A DNA stretch of 64,000 nucleotides from Okamejei kenojei (taxonomy: Eukaryota). The translations under genes and the position numbers were made by a program. Location: the NCBI GenBank assembly GCA_035221665.1, contig CM069155.1, positions 26,970,001 to 27,034,000 on the forward strand, given 5' to 3'. Below are positions 1 to 10,433 of this stretch, in pieces (positions within the stretch are counted from its first letter, which is position 1; the number at the start of each line of letters is the position of its first letter). The notes below the pieces were generated by a model. It was not told the DNA's origin and made no database searches. It saw only the letters and a list, made by a program, of their open reading frames with translations.

Positions 1-336
1 GCCCTTAACAATCTTATATGTTTAAATGAGACCCCCTCTAATCCTTCTAAACTCCAGAGTGTACAAGCGCAGCTGTTCCATTCTCTCAGCATATGACAGT
101 CCCGCCATCCCGGGAATTAACCTTGTAAACCTACACTGCACTCCCTCAATAGCAAGAATGTCCTTCCTCAAATTAGGGGACCAAAACTGTACACAATACT
201 CCAGGTGTGGTCTCACTAGGGCTCTGTACAACTGCAGAAGGACCTCTTTGCTCCTATATTCGATTCCTCTTGTTATAAAGGCCAACATGCCATTCACTTT
301 CTTCACGGCCTGCTGTACCTGCATGCTTACTTTCAT
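1..336 (-). mobile_element. CR1-type LINE fragment (ORF2 C-terminal part)
   Basis: ORF 22..336 reads LYRALVRPHLEYCVQFWSP...LEFRRIRG, typical of CR1 ORF2. Confidence 0.9.
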
Positions 337-590
337 AGGTCATAGGAACAGAATTAGGCCATTCGGTCCATCGACTTTACTTCGCCATTTAATCATGGCT
401 GTTCTATATTTCCCTCTCAATCCCATTCTTCTGTCTTGTCCTCGTAACCTTCAACCCCTTTACTAATCTGTCAATCTCTGCTTTAAAATTACCCAAAGAC
501 TTGGCCTCCGCAGCTATCTATGGCAATGAATTCCATCGATTCATCTGTGGCAAAGAAAATCCTCATCATCTCCTTTCTGAAGGTATGTCC
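337..590 (-). mobile_element. CR1 3' tail fragment
   Basis: Reverse complement resembles the CR1 3' ends at 10800-10909 and 57200-57330. Confidence 0.65.
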
Positions 591-729
591 TGTTTGTGTG
601 TTTCCGTTTGTGTGTGCATCTCTGCCCGTGTGGATTTTTGTATGTGTTTGTGTCCTACCTCAGCCTGGCTGTTCATCCCCCCGCATTGAATGAAGCAGAT
701 GCCGGTTGATAAATCGCTTCGCCACTCAC

Positions 730-917
730 CGCATTGATGCCACACAGCTGCATTGCAACCGTCAGCATAATGTTGGTGATGAGTTGCCACCGCACCGAGC
801 GGTCCTGGAACAGCTCCCGGGCGGTCTTCAGTCGCTCGCCTTTTGTTGCAGCTTGTTCCGCCTCCATGTCCTGAACCTCCTCGCAGAAATCTCCCTGACC
901 CCATAGTCTTCTGAGCG
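730..917 (-). CDS. SLC2A11-like exon 7 (intracellular loop, TM7): ALRRLWG...MQLCGINA; gene continues below position 1
   Basis: 188-nt exon, GCAG| acceptor and |GTGAGT donor, with the QLCGINA TM7 motif. Confidence 0.95.
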
Positions 918-1429
918 CTGCGACGCAACACAACGATGGAGACACAAGTTTCATAAATCGGGACGGGGGAAAACTGAAAGCTGCAGCGGAAAATTCCATA
1001 CTGCCTCCCCCCCCCCCATAAGGCCCCCCCCCCCCCCCCCCCCCATAAGGCACTGCTTAACCCTATCTTTGGTCATCTGCCATAATATATCATTATATGT
1101 CTTGAGAGTAATTTTTAAAAATCTGATAATGGTCTTGTGAGTGACCTGCTCTGGTTCCTCAATAGGACGCGGGGTTGCCACGGAACCCGGAGGATGCAGC
1201 GCAGCCAATCACGGGGGGGGGGGGGGGGGGGTTCTAAACAAAAAGTGCCTTGGTTCAGAGTGGACTGGCCTTGTCTTAAGTTTCATTCTCTGGTCCTTGT
1301 GGGTGTATTGAGGTCAGCCGGTGGTCGCAGGAACGAACCTGCTGCCATCAGGACAATTGACTATTTTGGCAGCAGCAACGTGCAGAGCCCCCAGTCCCAA
1401 TAGAGAACAAACTCTCCGCCTCTACTCAC

Positions 1430-1578
1430 CGTCCATACACAAGTCTTTATTCCCCTTGTCGATCAGCAAGTACCGGGGGCTCTCTGGGAACCAGGGCAGG
1501 AGGATGAGCTGGATGAGAGCAGGGATTCCGCTGAAGGCCAACAACAATGGCCAAGCTGTCTCTGTGCCCAAAATCTCC
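1430..1578 (-). CDS. SLC2A11-like exon 6 (TM6): [13 protein letters not shown]...[15 protein letters not shown]
   Basis: 149-nt exon, CACAG| acceptor and |GTGAGT donor, with the PESPR sugar-porter motif. Confidence 0.95.
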
Positions 1579-1831
1579 CTGTGGAAGCAACAGACAAGAG
1601 ACGTCAATGGCAGTAACCAACATGGACCGGAGTCATCCAATCAGTATTACTGGAAGACATGGTCTTTGCAACATTAACTTATATTGAAAATGCAGTTAAT
1701 TATATTTCATTTACATCTAAATTTAACAAATATCTAACGCTAGTAAAGTAGAAAGTAACACTCTCCTAACAAATATTTTAAAAAACACACACAGCTTTCA
1801 ACTTATCTAATTTAGATGCAAGTTGAAGTTC

Positions 1832-2428
1832 CGGCGCATCAGTCAGAGTATTGATTATAGAAGTTGGGAGGTCATGTTGCAGTTGTATAAGACGCTGGTG
1901 AGTCCGCATTTAGAATATTGTGTTCAGTTCTGGGCACATTGTTATAGGAAAGATATTGTCAAGCTTGAAAGGGTTAGATGTTGCCAGGACTAGAGTATGT
2001 GAGCTATAGGAAGAGGTTTGGTAGGCTGGATCTCTATTCCACCGAGCGCAGGAGGATGAGGGGAAATCTTATAGAGGTGTACAAAACCATGATCGGGTAG
2101 ATGCACAGAGTCTCTTGCCCAGAGTAGGGGAATCGGGGACCAGAGGACATAGGTTCAAGGTGAAGAGGAAAAGATTTAATAGGAATCCGAGGGGTAAGGT
2201 TTTCCCACAAAGGCTGGTGGGTGTATGGAACAAGCTGCTAGAGAAGGTAGTTGAGGCTGGGACTAACCCATTGTTTAACAAACAGTTAGACAGGTACATG
2301 GACTGGACAGGTTTGGAGGGATGTGGACCAAGCTCAGGCAAGTGGGACTAGTGTAACTGGGACATTGTTGGCGGGGTGGATGAGTTGGGCCGAAGGGCCT
2401 GTTTCCACACTGTATCACTCTATGACTA
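1832..2428 (+). mobile_element. CR1 LINE 3' fragment
   Basis: RVGESGTRGHRFKV...FPQRLVGVWNKL, then the GGGCCGAAGGGCCTGTTTCC tail. Confidence 0.85.
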
Positions 2429-2831
2429 TCTGACTGTAAACCCATGTCCAGTTGTAATTCTCATGTGTGTAAGTTACTCGCCAAACTTTAGATTCTAATC
2501 AGACATGTGGGGGAGTCCCAGTTTGGCACGAACAGTTATGGAACAGTGAATGAGAGGGGAGGGTCTTATAGCCACAGAGGCGGTGGGGGGTGGGGGGGGG
2601 GGGGGGGGGGGGGGGGGGGTAGTTGGTGATTCGTGATATTGCGCAATTAGCACAGTCCTCTGAACCACAATATGCAGAATTTCTTCCACAGCCTCTCCAT
2701 CGATTTGTCCTCTTTAATGTTGCTCCATAGCGTCCACCTTTTGACCATTACCTAGACGTCTGTACTAACATTTATTTCTGTAGTGTGAGGTCAATGTTTT
2801 ATTATTTGTACTACCCCGACGTCTCTCAGGG

Positions 2832-3012
2832 TAGAAACATAGAAAATAGGAGCAGGAGGAGGCCATTGGGCCCTTCGAGCCAGCACCGCCATTCAATATG
2901 ATAATGAGCAAATCAGCAAAAAATCTGTACCCCATTCCTGCTTTCTCCCCATATCCCTTGATTCCGTTGGCCCTAAGAGCTGTATCTAACTCTATCTTGA
3001 ATAAATCAAAGG
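2832..3012 (-). mobile_element. CR1 3' tail fragment
   Basis: Reverse complement matches the CR1 tail (KGYGEKAG; GGCTCGAAGGGCC; TTTCTATGTTTCTA). Confidence 0.8.
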
Positions 3013-3241
3013 ATGCCACTTGCAGTTTGTACTATGTGGAGAATCTGCTCGCAAACATCAGACACCGTCAGGAGATCAAGGTGGTCATGGGCGCTGTGTC
3101 TACATTCAGTGCCTCACATAAAACCGTGGCTCACTCCCTCCGGGACCCCAGCAGCTGTCTGCCAACCATGGGTTTGCCTTGGTAGCAGGCAAAAGACAAA
3201 TGCTGATTGCGATTTGCGAGAACAAAAACGAAGAGATTTAC

Positions 3242-3372
3242 CTGAGTCCAATCACTTGTCCAATGAATTTACCGAAAGCAACGAACATTGCTCGGGTCAG
3301 GGACACGAGGCCCCGCAGCTCCTTCGGCGCACTTTCCCCGAGGTACATGCTGTGGACGTTGAGACCGAATGC
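3242..3372 (-). CDS. SLC2A11-like exon 5 (TM4-TM5): GLNVHSMYLGESAPKELRGLVSLTRAMFVAFGKFIGQVIGLR, with a +1 nt frame anomaly at its 5' end
   Basis: MYLGESAPKELRG motif and AG|GTAAAT donor. The proximal AG gives 131 nt instead of the frame-preserving 130 nt. Confidence 0.9.
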
Positions 3373-3544
3373 CTTCAAATAGCAGAAACATGTAATGATC
3401 AGGGCAAAGTCCCTCACTGCAGGGTCATCTCTACGAAGCATTCTCAAGCAATCCTTCTGTGAGTGTTGTCTAGCCACATTTTGTCTACTTTACTAATTGA
3501 AATTCAACCTTGATATATAGAGATCGCTGGAAGATCAAACTGTA

Positions 3545-4780
3545 AGGCCATCAATTACACCCACTAATCGGGAACACCGCTCAATAATCCATCAGTAACC
3601 CACCCAGTGCTACAGGCAATAATAACCCCCTAGATTTACATACCCAGCATCAGAAGCAATGATTAATAAACTCCTAACATGTCAGACGTCGACTACACAG
3701 CCAATGTTACTTCCATTGGCAACACTGTGTCATCAGTCACACACTCAATGTATTCCATTGGGATACATTGTAACCCATTCTCGGAGGTACTCCCATTATG
3801 AAGACCACGAGTGTCGCCGATACCACTGCTACCACCTGCATACAACATTACACCAAAGCTAATCCGCAAACATTAAATCCTCATTATTTCTCAGTACAAA
3901 GTTGCCTTCGGGAATACATCGAACATAAAATCAATCGTTAAGATATCCAATGTTACAACTACCCAATATCACAATCGCCAGTAACACACAAGGGATTAGA
4001 GCCAATAACAACACGAACTGTATTACAGTTACTGGGGATTCAACCGACGTGACACAATGAATAAAGAATTTGGCATTGCAGGCATCAGTAACCCAAACAA
4101 CATGAACACCTTCAGTCACACACCCAAAATTCCAGCCGGTTTGGTGTATTCCAACATGAATACACGAAACGCTGCCTGTTTCCGTACCATTACCGTCATG
4201 AATACCATACCTGGTATTCCTGTCATCCGTCTTCACATCCAATATTACAGCTTCTAATAACCTACACATCAGATCAGCCATGTGTAAAATTCACATAATT
4301 ATAGCCACAAATAACTCAACTGATATGACAGGGATCAATAACACGCTGAGTATCACACATATCCGTAGTGTACCCAACATTAAAGCCATCATTAATCAAA
4401 CTATCCACCGATGCATCCATCAGCAGCACACCCGGCATTGTTTCCAATTGAAACTGGCCCAGTGTTGTCGCCTGGAATAACCAACAGCACTGCAGCCATG
4501 CAACTCCAGTTACCCACCAACTTCAGAAACTCTATCTACATGTCAGCCATCATTATAGCAATACCGAGCAATGCTCTCATTAGTGACACATGTGACAACG
4601 CAGAAAACAAAACCCACACATTCGGCTCTCAGTAAAACTCACAACGTTCATTCCATGTGAGTGAACCAGTCAACATTAAAGTCATTAGTAAACCATACAA
4701 TATTATATCACCCAACGTTTCAGCAATTGGGAATACTTTTAACAATGACATACGCTCCATAAATGCAACGTTAAACCTGC
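3545..4780. repeat. Highly diverged 27-bp minisatellite in SLC2A11-like intron 4
   Basis: Consecutive 27-mers at 4081/4108/4135 and 4303/4330/4357/4384; consensus about GCCATCAGTAACACACCCAACATTACA. Confidence 0.65.
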
Positions 4781-5136
4781 CCAAAGTACAACTCGCGGCA
4801 TTAATGTGAACGCTACGACCAGCGGCGGTTCAGCACCACGGACAGCTGCGTGTGAAGCAAGTTGGACAAGGATCCAAAGTTTCGCAAACGCTCAGTTCCG
4901 ATGGTGTTGGTTGGTCAAACACTGCGGGTTGAGACTGGAGGCCGAACGCATCTTATTGTTTAGTTCAAAGAAACGCTGGAGCTCCATAACGTTGCTGGTT
5001 TCAGCGCCCAATAATTACTCGGGTTGAATGGACCAGCGTCTTTCACCATCCTCAGGGTGGTCGCCAACCTCAGGGTGAGAGGTGTGTTCAAAACCAACAA
5101 ACCACATCTTGAACCAAGGCAGAAGGGCTCAGGTAC

Positions 5137-5261
5137 CTGCATTGATCCCGTACAGGAGCCGCCCCACCAGAATCATTTCAAACGACTGCACCCTCTTGCT
5201 GAACATCATGATGATTGCAGCTGTGATGGCCACAATGTTGTTGAACAGCAGCGCGTTCTTC
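5137..5261 (-). CDS. SLC2A11-like exon 4 (TM3-TM4): KNALLFNNIVAITAAIIMMFSKRVQSFEMILVGRLLYGINA
   Basis: 125-nt exon, CCAG| acceptor and G|GTACCT donor, with the SFEMxxxGRxxxG motif. Confidence 0.95.
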
Positions 5262-5628
5262 CTGGAACACAAATGCATTGGTGCCACTAAATGGGGACAA
5301 CATCATATATTCATCTGCAGTTACTGGCGAGGATGGGATGATGTGTGCGCCTAGTCTACTGATAATGACCTGCCACGGAGGCTGCTACAAGTAAGAACGT
5401 CATTGTTCTGTTTGGGACATATGACAATAAAACACTTTTTGCTCTTGAACACCTGCCATGCAAGTTGCCCAATCCGTGCAGTTGTGGCCATTGGGGCACC
5501 TGGATTAAATCCCCGCCCACTAGCCTGCATCCCGGTGAGTAGCTCTGGGATAACAAATATCCTGGGTCAGGAAGACAGAAAAATAATGACATTATATTTA
5601 CTCACTATTTTCAACCAAACCTCCTTAC

Positions 5629-5789
5629 CTCCCATACTTGACAGAGAGATGGCCGGCGTTTAAGGCTCCAAGCAGTCCTCCGATTGGATAAATTGAGACG
5701 ATTACATACCAGAGCAGTTTCACTGTGGTTCCGTCCACAGATTTGTCAAAGCGTTGGAACCACGTCTCAGCGATGAATTCCTTAATGAA
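5629..5789 (-). CDS. SLC2A11-like exon 3 (loop 1, TM2): FIKEFIAETW...IVSIYPIGGLLGALNAGHLSVKYGR
   Basis: 161-nt exon with AG/GT boundaries and the sugar-porter GR motif at its end. Confidence 0.95.
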
Positions 5790-6417
5790 CTGCGTCACAA
5801 TTGTAATTAAATAAAACAACCTTGCATTAGCAATCTGGGCATAAAATAGCAGAGAAGAAGACGTGCATTTCTAAAGGGCCTTTCACAGCCCCAGGACCTC
5901 CCGATCACTTTCGAAGTTTAGCGGCTGCAGATCTGGGATGTTTTTTGTCCAGCATTTAATCCCAACCTTGAGAGCCCTCGAGGTGCTGGTGAGCCGCCTT
6001 CTTCAACACTGTAGAGGCAGAGAATCTGGTTCCCCTTCCCTCCCCTCTCCCTGTGCGGCGTCTCCTGGTAAAATATTAACACCAGGTTTCACCGGGGACA
6101 CTTTTCCCTCGCATCGCTCTGTCTGTGGTATTCTCGACCCCGTCTCCTGGGGGTATCAGCGGAATAAATCTCAGCTTTTGCTCTCCCGAGAGCATTCCCT
6201 GCACGGATGGGATGGGTAAAACTGTGGGAGTTGGCTGATTTTTTTGTCTTGCTCAGGGAAATATTGCAGATGCACGTGAAGAGGGGACAAGTTAATAATC
6301 CTACATTCATGGGGTCTCCTTCATGACTTGCGGTCCCCAAGCACTTTACAACAACCCTACCGCGAGTGGAGTCCTCTTGAATTGCAGCCACTGTTGTGGT
6401 GTTGGACCACTCTTCGA

Positions 6418-6520
6418 GAATCAGTCTGAAGCAGGGTCTCGGCCCGAAACGTCACCCATTCCTTCTCTCCAGAGACGCTGCCTGACCCGCTGAGTTACTC
6501 CGGCATTTTCTGTCAACCGT
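6418..6520 (+). mobile_element. Short Penelope-derived element with hammerhead-like core (6426-6453)
   Basis: Same sequence as the 3' end of the GIY-YIG-bearing fragment at 13150-13780 and as the copy at 60988-61082. Confidence 0.7.
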
Positions 6521-6778
6521 AAGGTTGTGCAGGTTGGTGCAAGAACCTGATAGTTGTAGGAATGTAGCCATTCCCAAACCTGGTGGTGTGGGACTTAAAG
6601 CTTCTGTATTCGATTACCCGGCCGCTTGGGCTGTTTGTTCTCCCTAGACTCCGCGTATGGAGGCGCTTTGTCTTAATCCACTGTCCCATTCAGATCCCTA
6701 ACGCCGTCCATGTGGTTCTCAGTGAAATCCCGACGATGTATTTAATCTGCTCATTGGCTACAAGCCGGAGCCACTTAC

Positions 6779-6877
6779 CGCTGAAGGCGCATTGATAGAT
6801 GACATGTTGAATCCATATTGGAAGCCTCCCCCAATGCCGGTCACCAGGATCAGTGCGAGAAGCATTCGGCCCTGAAG
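6779..6877 (-). CDS. SLC2A11-like exon 2 (TM1): LQGRMLLALILVTGIGGGFQYGFNMSSINAPSA
   Basis: 99-nt exon, CTGCAG| acceptor and |GTAAGT donor. GIGGxFQYGFN...INAP is the class II GLUT TM1 motif. Confidence 0.93.
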
Positions 6878-7429
6878 CTGCAGTGTGAACAGAATGGATG
6901 AGAGCTCTGACACAGATTCAACTCTTCTCACTGGCAGGGGGGAGGGGGGGAGGGGGGAGGGGGGAGGGGAGGGGGGAGGAAGGAGGGGAGGAGGGGTTAT
7001 CCTTCCGACCGAAAAAGGACGAAGTGTTTACTATATACTTATCGATACCTATCCTACCTATAAGTATCGTGTACATATAACGTATACCAAGATACGTATT
7101 ACTTATAATTCTAAGTATATAATTATAAGTAACTCATTATGTTAATTAATTATATTAATACAATTAATATTATTTATTAATTCTAATATAAGATATTGCT
7201 GATCTGAGAATTAGTCATCGTTGTTATTATTTCTACCAACAACAATTACAATGGATTTTTATTCCTTTGAATGATGATCTAAACGAGGGATTTGAAACGA
7301 CTTAAGTCAAAGTCAACTGTTTTCTGATTTGGAGATTTCCGAAATTAAAACTAAATCCGGCTAATTCAGAGCCGCTCTTGATTTCACTTAAACATGGAAG
7401 ATGCTTAGATTTCCGGGTAGCCGCTGAAA

Positions 7430-8030
7430 TATACTGTAAAGCACTTTGGGAAGGCAGGTTCTGATGGGACCTATGGAGTAAATGACAGGTACTTCAGGAA
7501 CGCTGATGTGCAGTGAGACTGTGGGTGCTAGTCCAAAGCTCCCTGAAAGTGGCGACACAGGCGGACAGGGTAATAAAAAAGGCATTAGGTTTACTTGCCT
7601 TTATAGGCCGAGGTATCGAGTGTAGGGGTCGGGATGTCAAGTTGATTTTACAAAACATTTGGTGCATTGTGTACCGTTCTGGTTGGCACACTAGAGGAAA
7701 GACAAGGTAACATTTGTGAGAGTTCAGAAGAGTTCGCGGGGCTGCTGTTTCCAACGGAGGGCTGTAGTTCTGAGATTTGGAGGATGTAGGTAATGTTATA
7801 GAGGTTTTTAAATTACAAATGGCATGGGTAGGATATATAGTTTCTCAGGGCAAGGGAATCTAGATCTAGAGGCCATAGGTTTAAGGTGAGCGGGGAAGAT
7901 TCAAAAGAGATTGATGGGTAAGTTCTTCCTACAGAGGATGGCGATTATCAGAAAAAAAAGCTGCCAGAGGAGGCCGGTGCAAATACAACGTTCAACGTAC
8001 GGCCGGACAGGTTTAGACAGGATAGGTAAT
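7430..8030 (+). mobile_element. Degraded CR1 fragment
   Basis: SLKVATQADRVIKKALGLLAFIGRGIECRGRDV is CR1 ORF2-like. Confidence 0.75.
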
Positions 8031-8492
8031 GCAAGGAAATAGGATTAACGTAGAAAGCCGCCACGAGGTGGTACATTATATTATTGTGCCCCGGTTTAGA
8101 GATCCCGCAAGTAGACATCCTCGTACAAAAGACACGTTTGTTTAGACTGAGGCTTGGAGACAACTCATCCCGTGTCGTTAAAAACGTCTTTTCAAAATTC
8201 TTCACCCCCGGAAGCCGAGCATGTTCTGGGAATGTTTATTCAACGTTGCATGCCTGGTTCCAGCATAAAGTATGATATTTAACAGAAGTAACCAACGCAC
8301 ATTTAGTTTATTCTGACATAATGATGGGTCGGAAGAGCATTGTGAAAATAATCAGGTTTAAGGTGCTGGAAATCTGTAATATAAACAGAAAACGCTGGGA
8401 AAAAAAATCAGCTGCTTGGTCAGCAAGAGAGAATATCGTATTTCTGATCACGCTTCGATTATTCGAATTATACGATATTGTTCAGGAATGGT

Positions 8493-8795
8493 TTTAGAGT
8501 TTAGAGATAAAGCTTGGAAACAGGTCCTTCGGCCCAACGAGTCCATACCCATCATTGATCACCCGTTCACACTAGTTATATGTTATTCCTCTTTCGCATC
8601 CAGTCCCTACACACTCGGGGCAATTTACAGAGGCCAATTCCTCAACAAGGCAACACGTCTTTGGGGTGTGGAAGGAAACCGGAGCCCCCGGATGAAACCC
8701 ACGTGCGCACTCCACACAGACAGCAGCCGGAGGGCAGAATCGAACCCGGGTTTCTGGCGCTGCGAGGCAGCAACTCCACCAAATGCGCCACTGTT
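8493..8795 (-). mobile_element. tRNA-derived SINE (HE1-like)
   Basis: Minus strand head GGCGCATTTGGTGGAGTTGCTGCCTCGCAGCGCCAGAAACCCGGGTTCGATTC with A/B-box-like motifs, and a CR1-like tail. Confidence 0.75.
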
Positions 8796-9602
8796 CCGCT
8801 CCACATTCAGCGCTGGGTGTCATTCAACAGTTGGTGTTCCAACCCCCATCTCCAGTAATATTGCCATTCACTCAGCTCGCAACTGGATGACGGGGCGATG
8901 GGTTTTATTGGGCAAGCGCCAGCGGTTGTTTGGCTGACCGGTCCAGGCGGCCACATGGTAACCCGGGCATCCAGCGACCCCACATCCTGGGCCGGGCACC
9001 GACTGCGGGCGTCAGGGCAGTGGGGCCGGGGGTTAAATCCTGGCGGCGGAGCTTGTTCCGAGAAAGCAGGTGGCTAACAGGAGTTATTCGGCCACACATT
9101 TCAGCACCAAACTTCCTTAACAGGCGTCGCCGAGGCTCTTTATCTGCAAACGTTTTGTCCTCTATGCGCTGAGTGTCTTGGCGAGCGACAATTGACAGCA
9201 GTCAGTGTCATCGAGAGGGATCTCAGAAGTCCACATCAACCAAACCGTTGTGAGTCAGACTGTTCCCCACTGCTGGCGCTGGTTTGTGTTCTGTACCCCT
9301 GTCCAACCCGACACAGATGGGCCACCTGCCTTTTACAGTGAATCTGTCGGAGCGGCGATCATTGCCCCACGCCAGCCCCAGTGAAGGTACGGCGCTGTGA
9401 ACAGCCGATAAACCTCACTCACTCTGACCTCACCCACCAAACACCCCCAACCATTCCACTCCATCTTAAACTCCCTGCTCGCAGGTCCTCGGATGACAAG
9501 CAGGAAGAGTTAGATTGTCTATAAAGCGCAGAGCTCTCTCCACACTCACCTGTCAACCACTCTCAGGGAAGATGCAGCGCGGGTTAGACTGCGGAGACAT
9601 AG

Positions 9603-9740
9603 GAGGGGTGGGGGTGTGTGGGGGGGGGGGGTGGAGGGGTGGGAGGGGTGGGGGTGTGTGTGGGAGGGGGGGGTGTGGAGGGGTGGGGGTGTGTTGGGGG
9701 TGTGTGGAGGGGTGGGAGTGTGTGGGGAGGGGGGTGGGAG
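9603..9740 (+). repeat. G/T-rich low-complexity tract (GGGGT/GGAGGG repeats) with G-quadruplex potential
   Basis: Many consecutive runs of three or more G. Confidence 0.8.
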
Positions 9741-9971
9741 CTCCATCCCATCAAACTTCCTCTGGGTCGGTGCAGCACGGGCTAGATACTTAGGACAAAT
9801 GCCACATTCGTAAGCACCAGGTATCTGGAGATCTCAGTGAAACCCTTCACGCGTTTCACCAACCACTACCCACGCATACCCGGGCTAGCAGAGCCAAGAG
9901 ATAGACGGAGCCGCCCAGCGAAGGGCCGGAGTAACAGCAGTGATCGTGTTGTATCCCCGGACGCAACATAC

Positions 9972-9986
9972 CAGTTTCTTCAGCAT
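9972..9986 (-). CDS. SLC2A11-like (GLUT11/SLC2A11B-like) coding exon 1, MLKKL
   Basis: Minus strand GCCACCGCC-ATG CTG AAG AAA CTG|GTATGT: Kozak-like ATG and phase-0 donor. Joins exon 2 as MLKKL-LQGRMLL, resembling human GLUT11 MRALRRL-IQGRILL. Confidence 0.75.
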
Positions 9987-10260
9987 GGCGGTGGCCTTTG
10001 GATGCGCCCAGCGAGCTCGCCGTGAGTCCGCCGGCTTTGACTGGGAGCTGGGCTTTTAAATGGGAAAGGTGGCATGAAGCAATCAACCACTGTTGCTTTT
10101 TAACTCGAGTCTAATTTATTAACTATCTTTTGCCATCCGGAAAATACCAGTGGTGCGCTTTCGCGGGCCATTAACCACCTCAACTTCGGTTGCTTTTTCA
10201 TCAGAATCTCTGCGTCATGAAAAATGGGGATAAAATTAAACTTTAAACCCGCGAGGGCTG
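9987..10260 (-). promoter_or_regulatory. Putative promoter and 5' UTR of the SLC2A11-like gene
   Basis: Local CpG enrichment and a TATA-like CATTTAAAAG on the minus strand near 10053-10062, about 70 nt upstream of the ATG. Confidence 0.45.
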
Positions 10261-10433
10261 TCAGCCAGGAACCACCGCCCTTTCAGTGCACTCTCCCTGG
10301 GAACGATCCTGTCCAGCCCCTCCCTGGTTCCACCCTGGCATCGCCTGCCTCTCGACTGCAGAGCGATGTAACTCGTTTACTGTTAACAAGAGCCTGACTT
10401 GGCGAGGCTGGATTTATTATATTCAGTGTTCTT

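Noticed and set aside
3545-4780. CRISPR-like interpretation of the periodic array
   Set aside because: No invariant repeat with unique spacers, no cas genes, and the context is a vertebrate intron.
8416-8937. 173-aa ORF, and similarly 10833..11378
   Set aside because: They run through SINE or CR1 sequence; chance ORFs.
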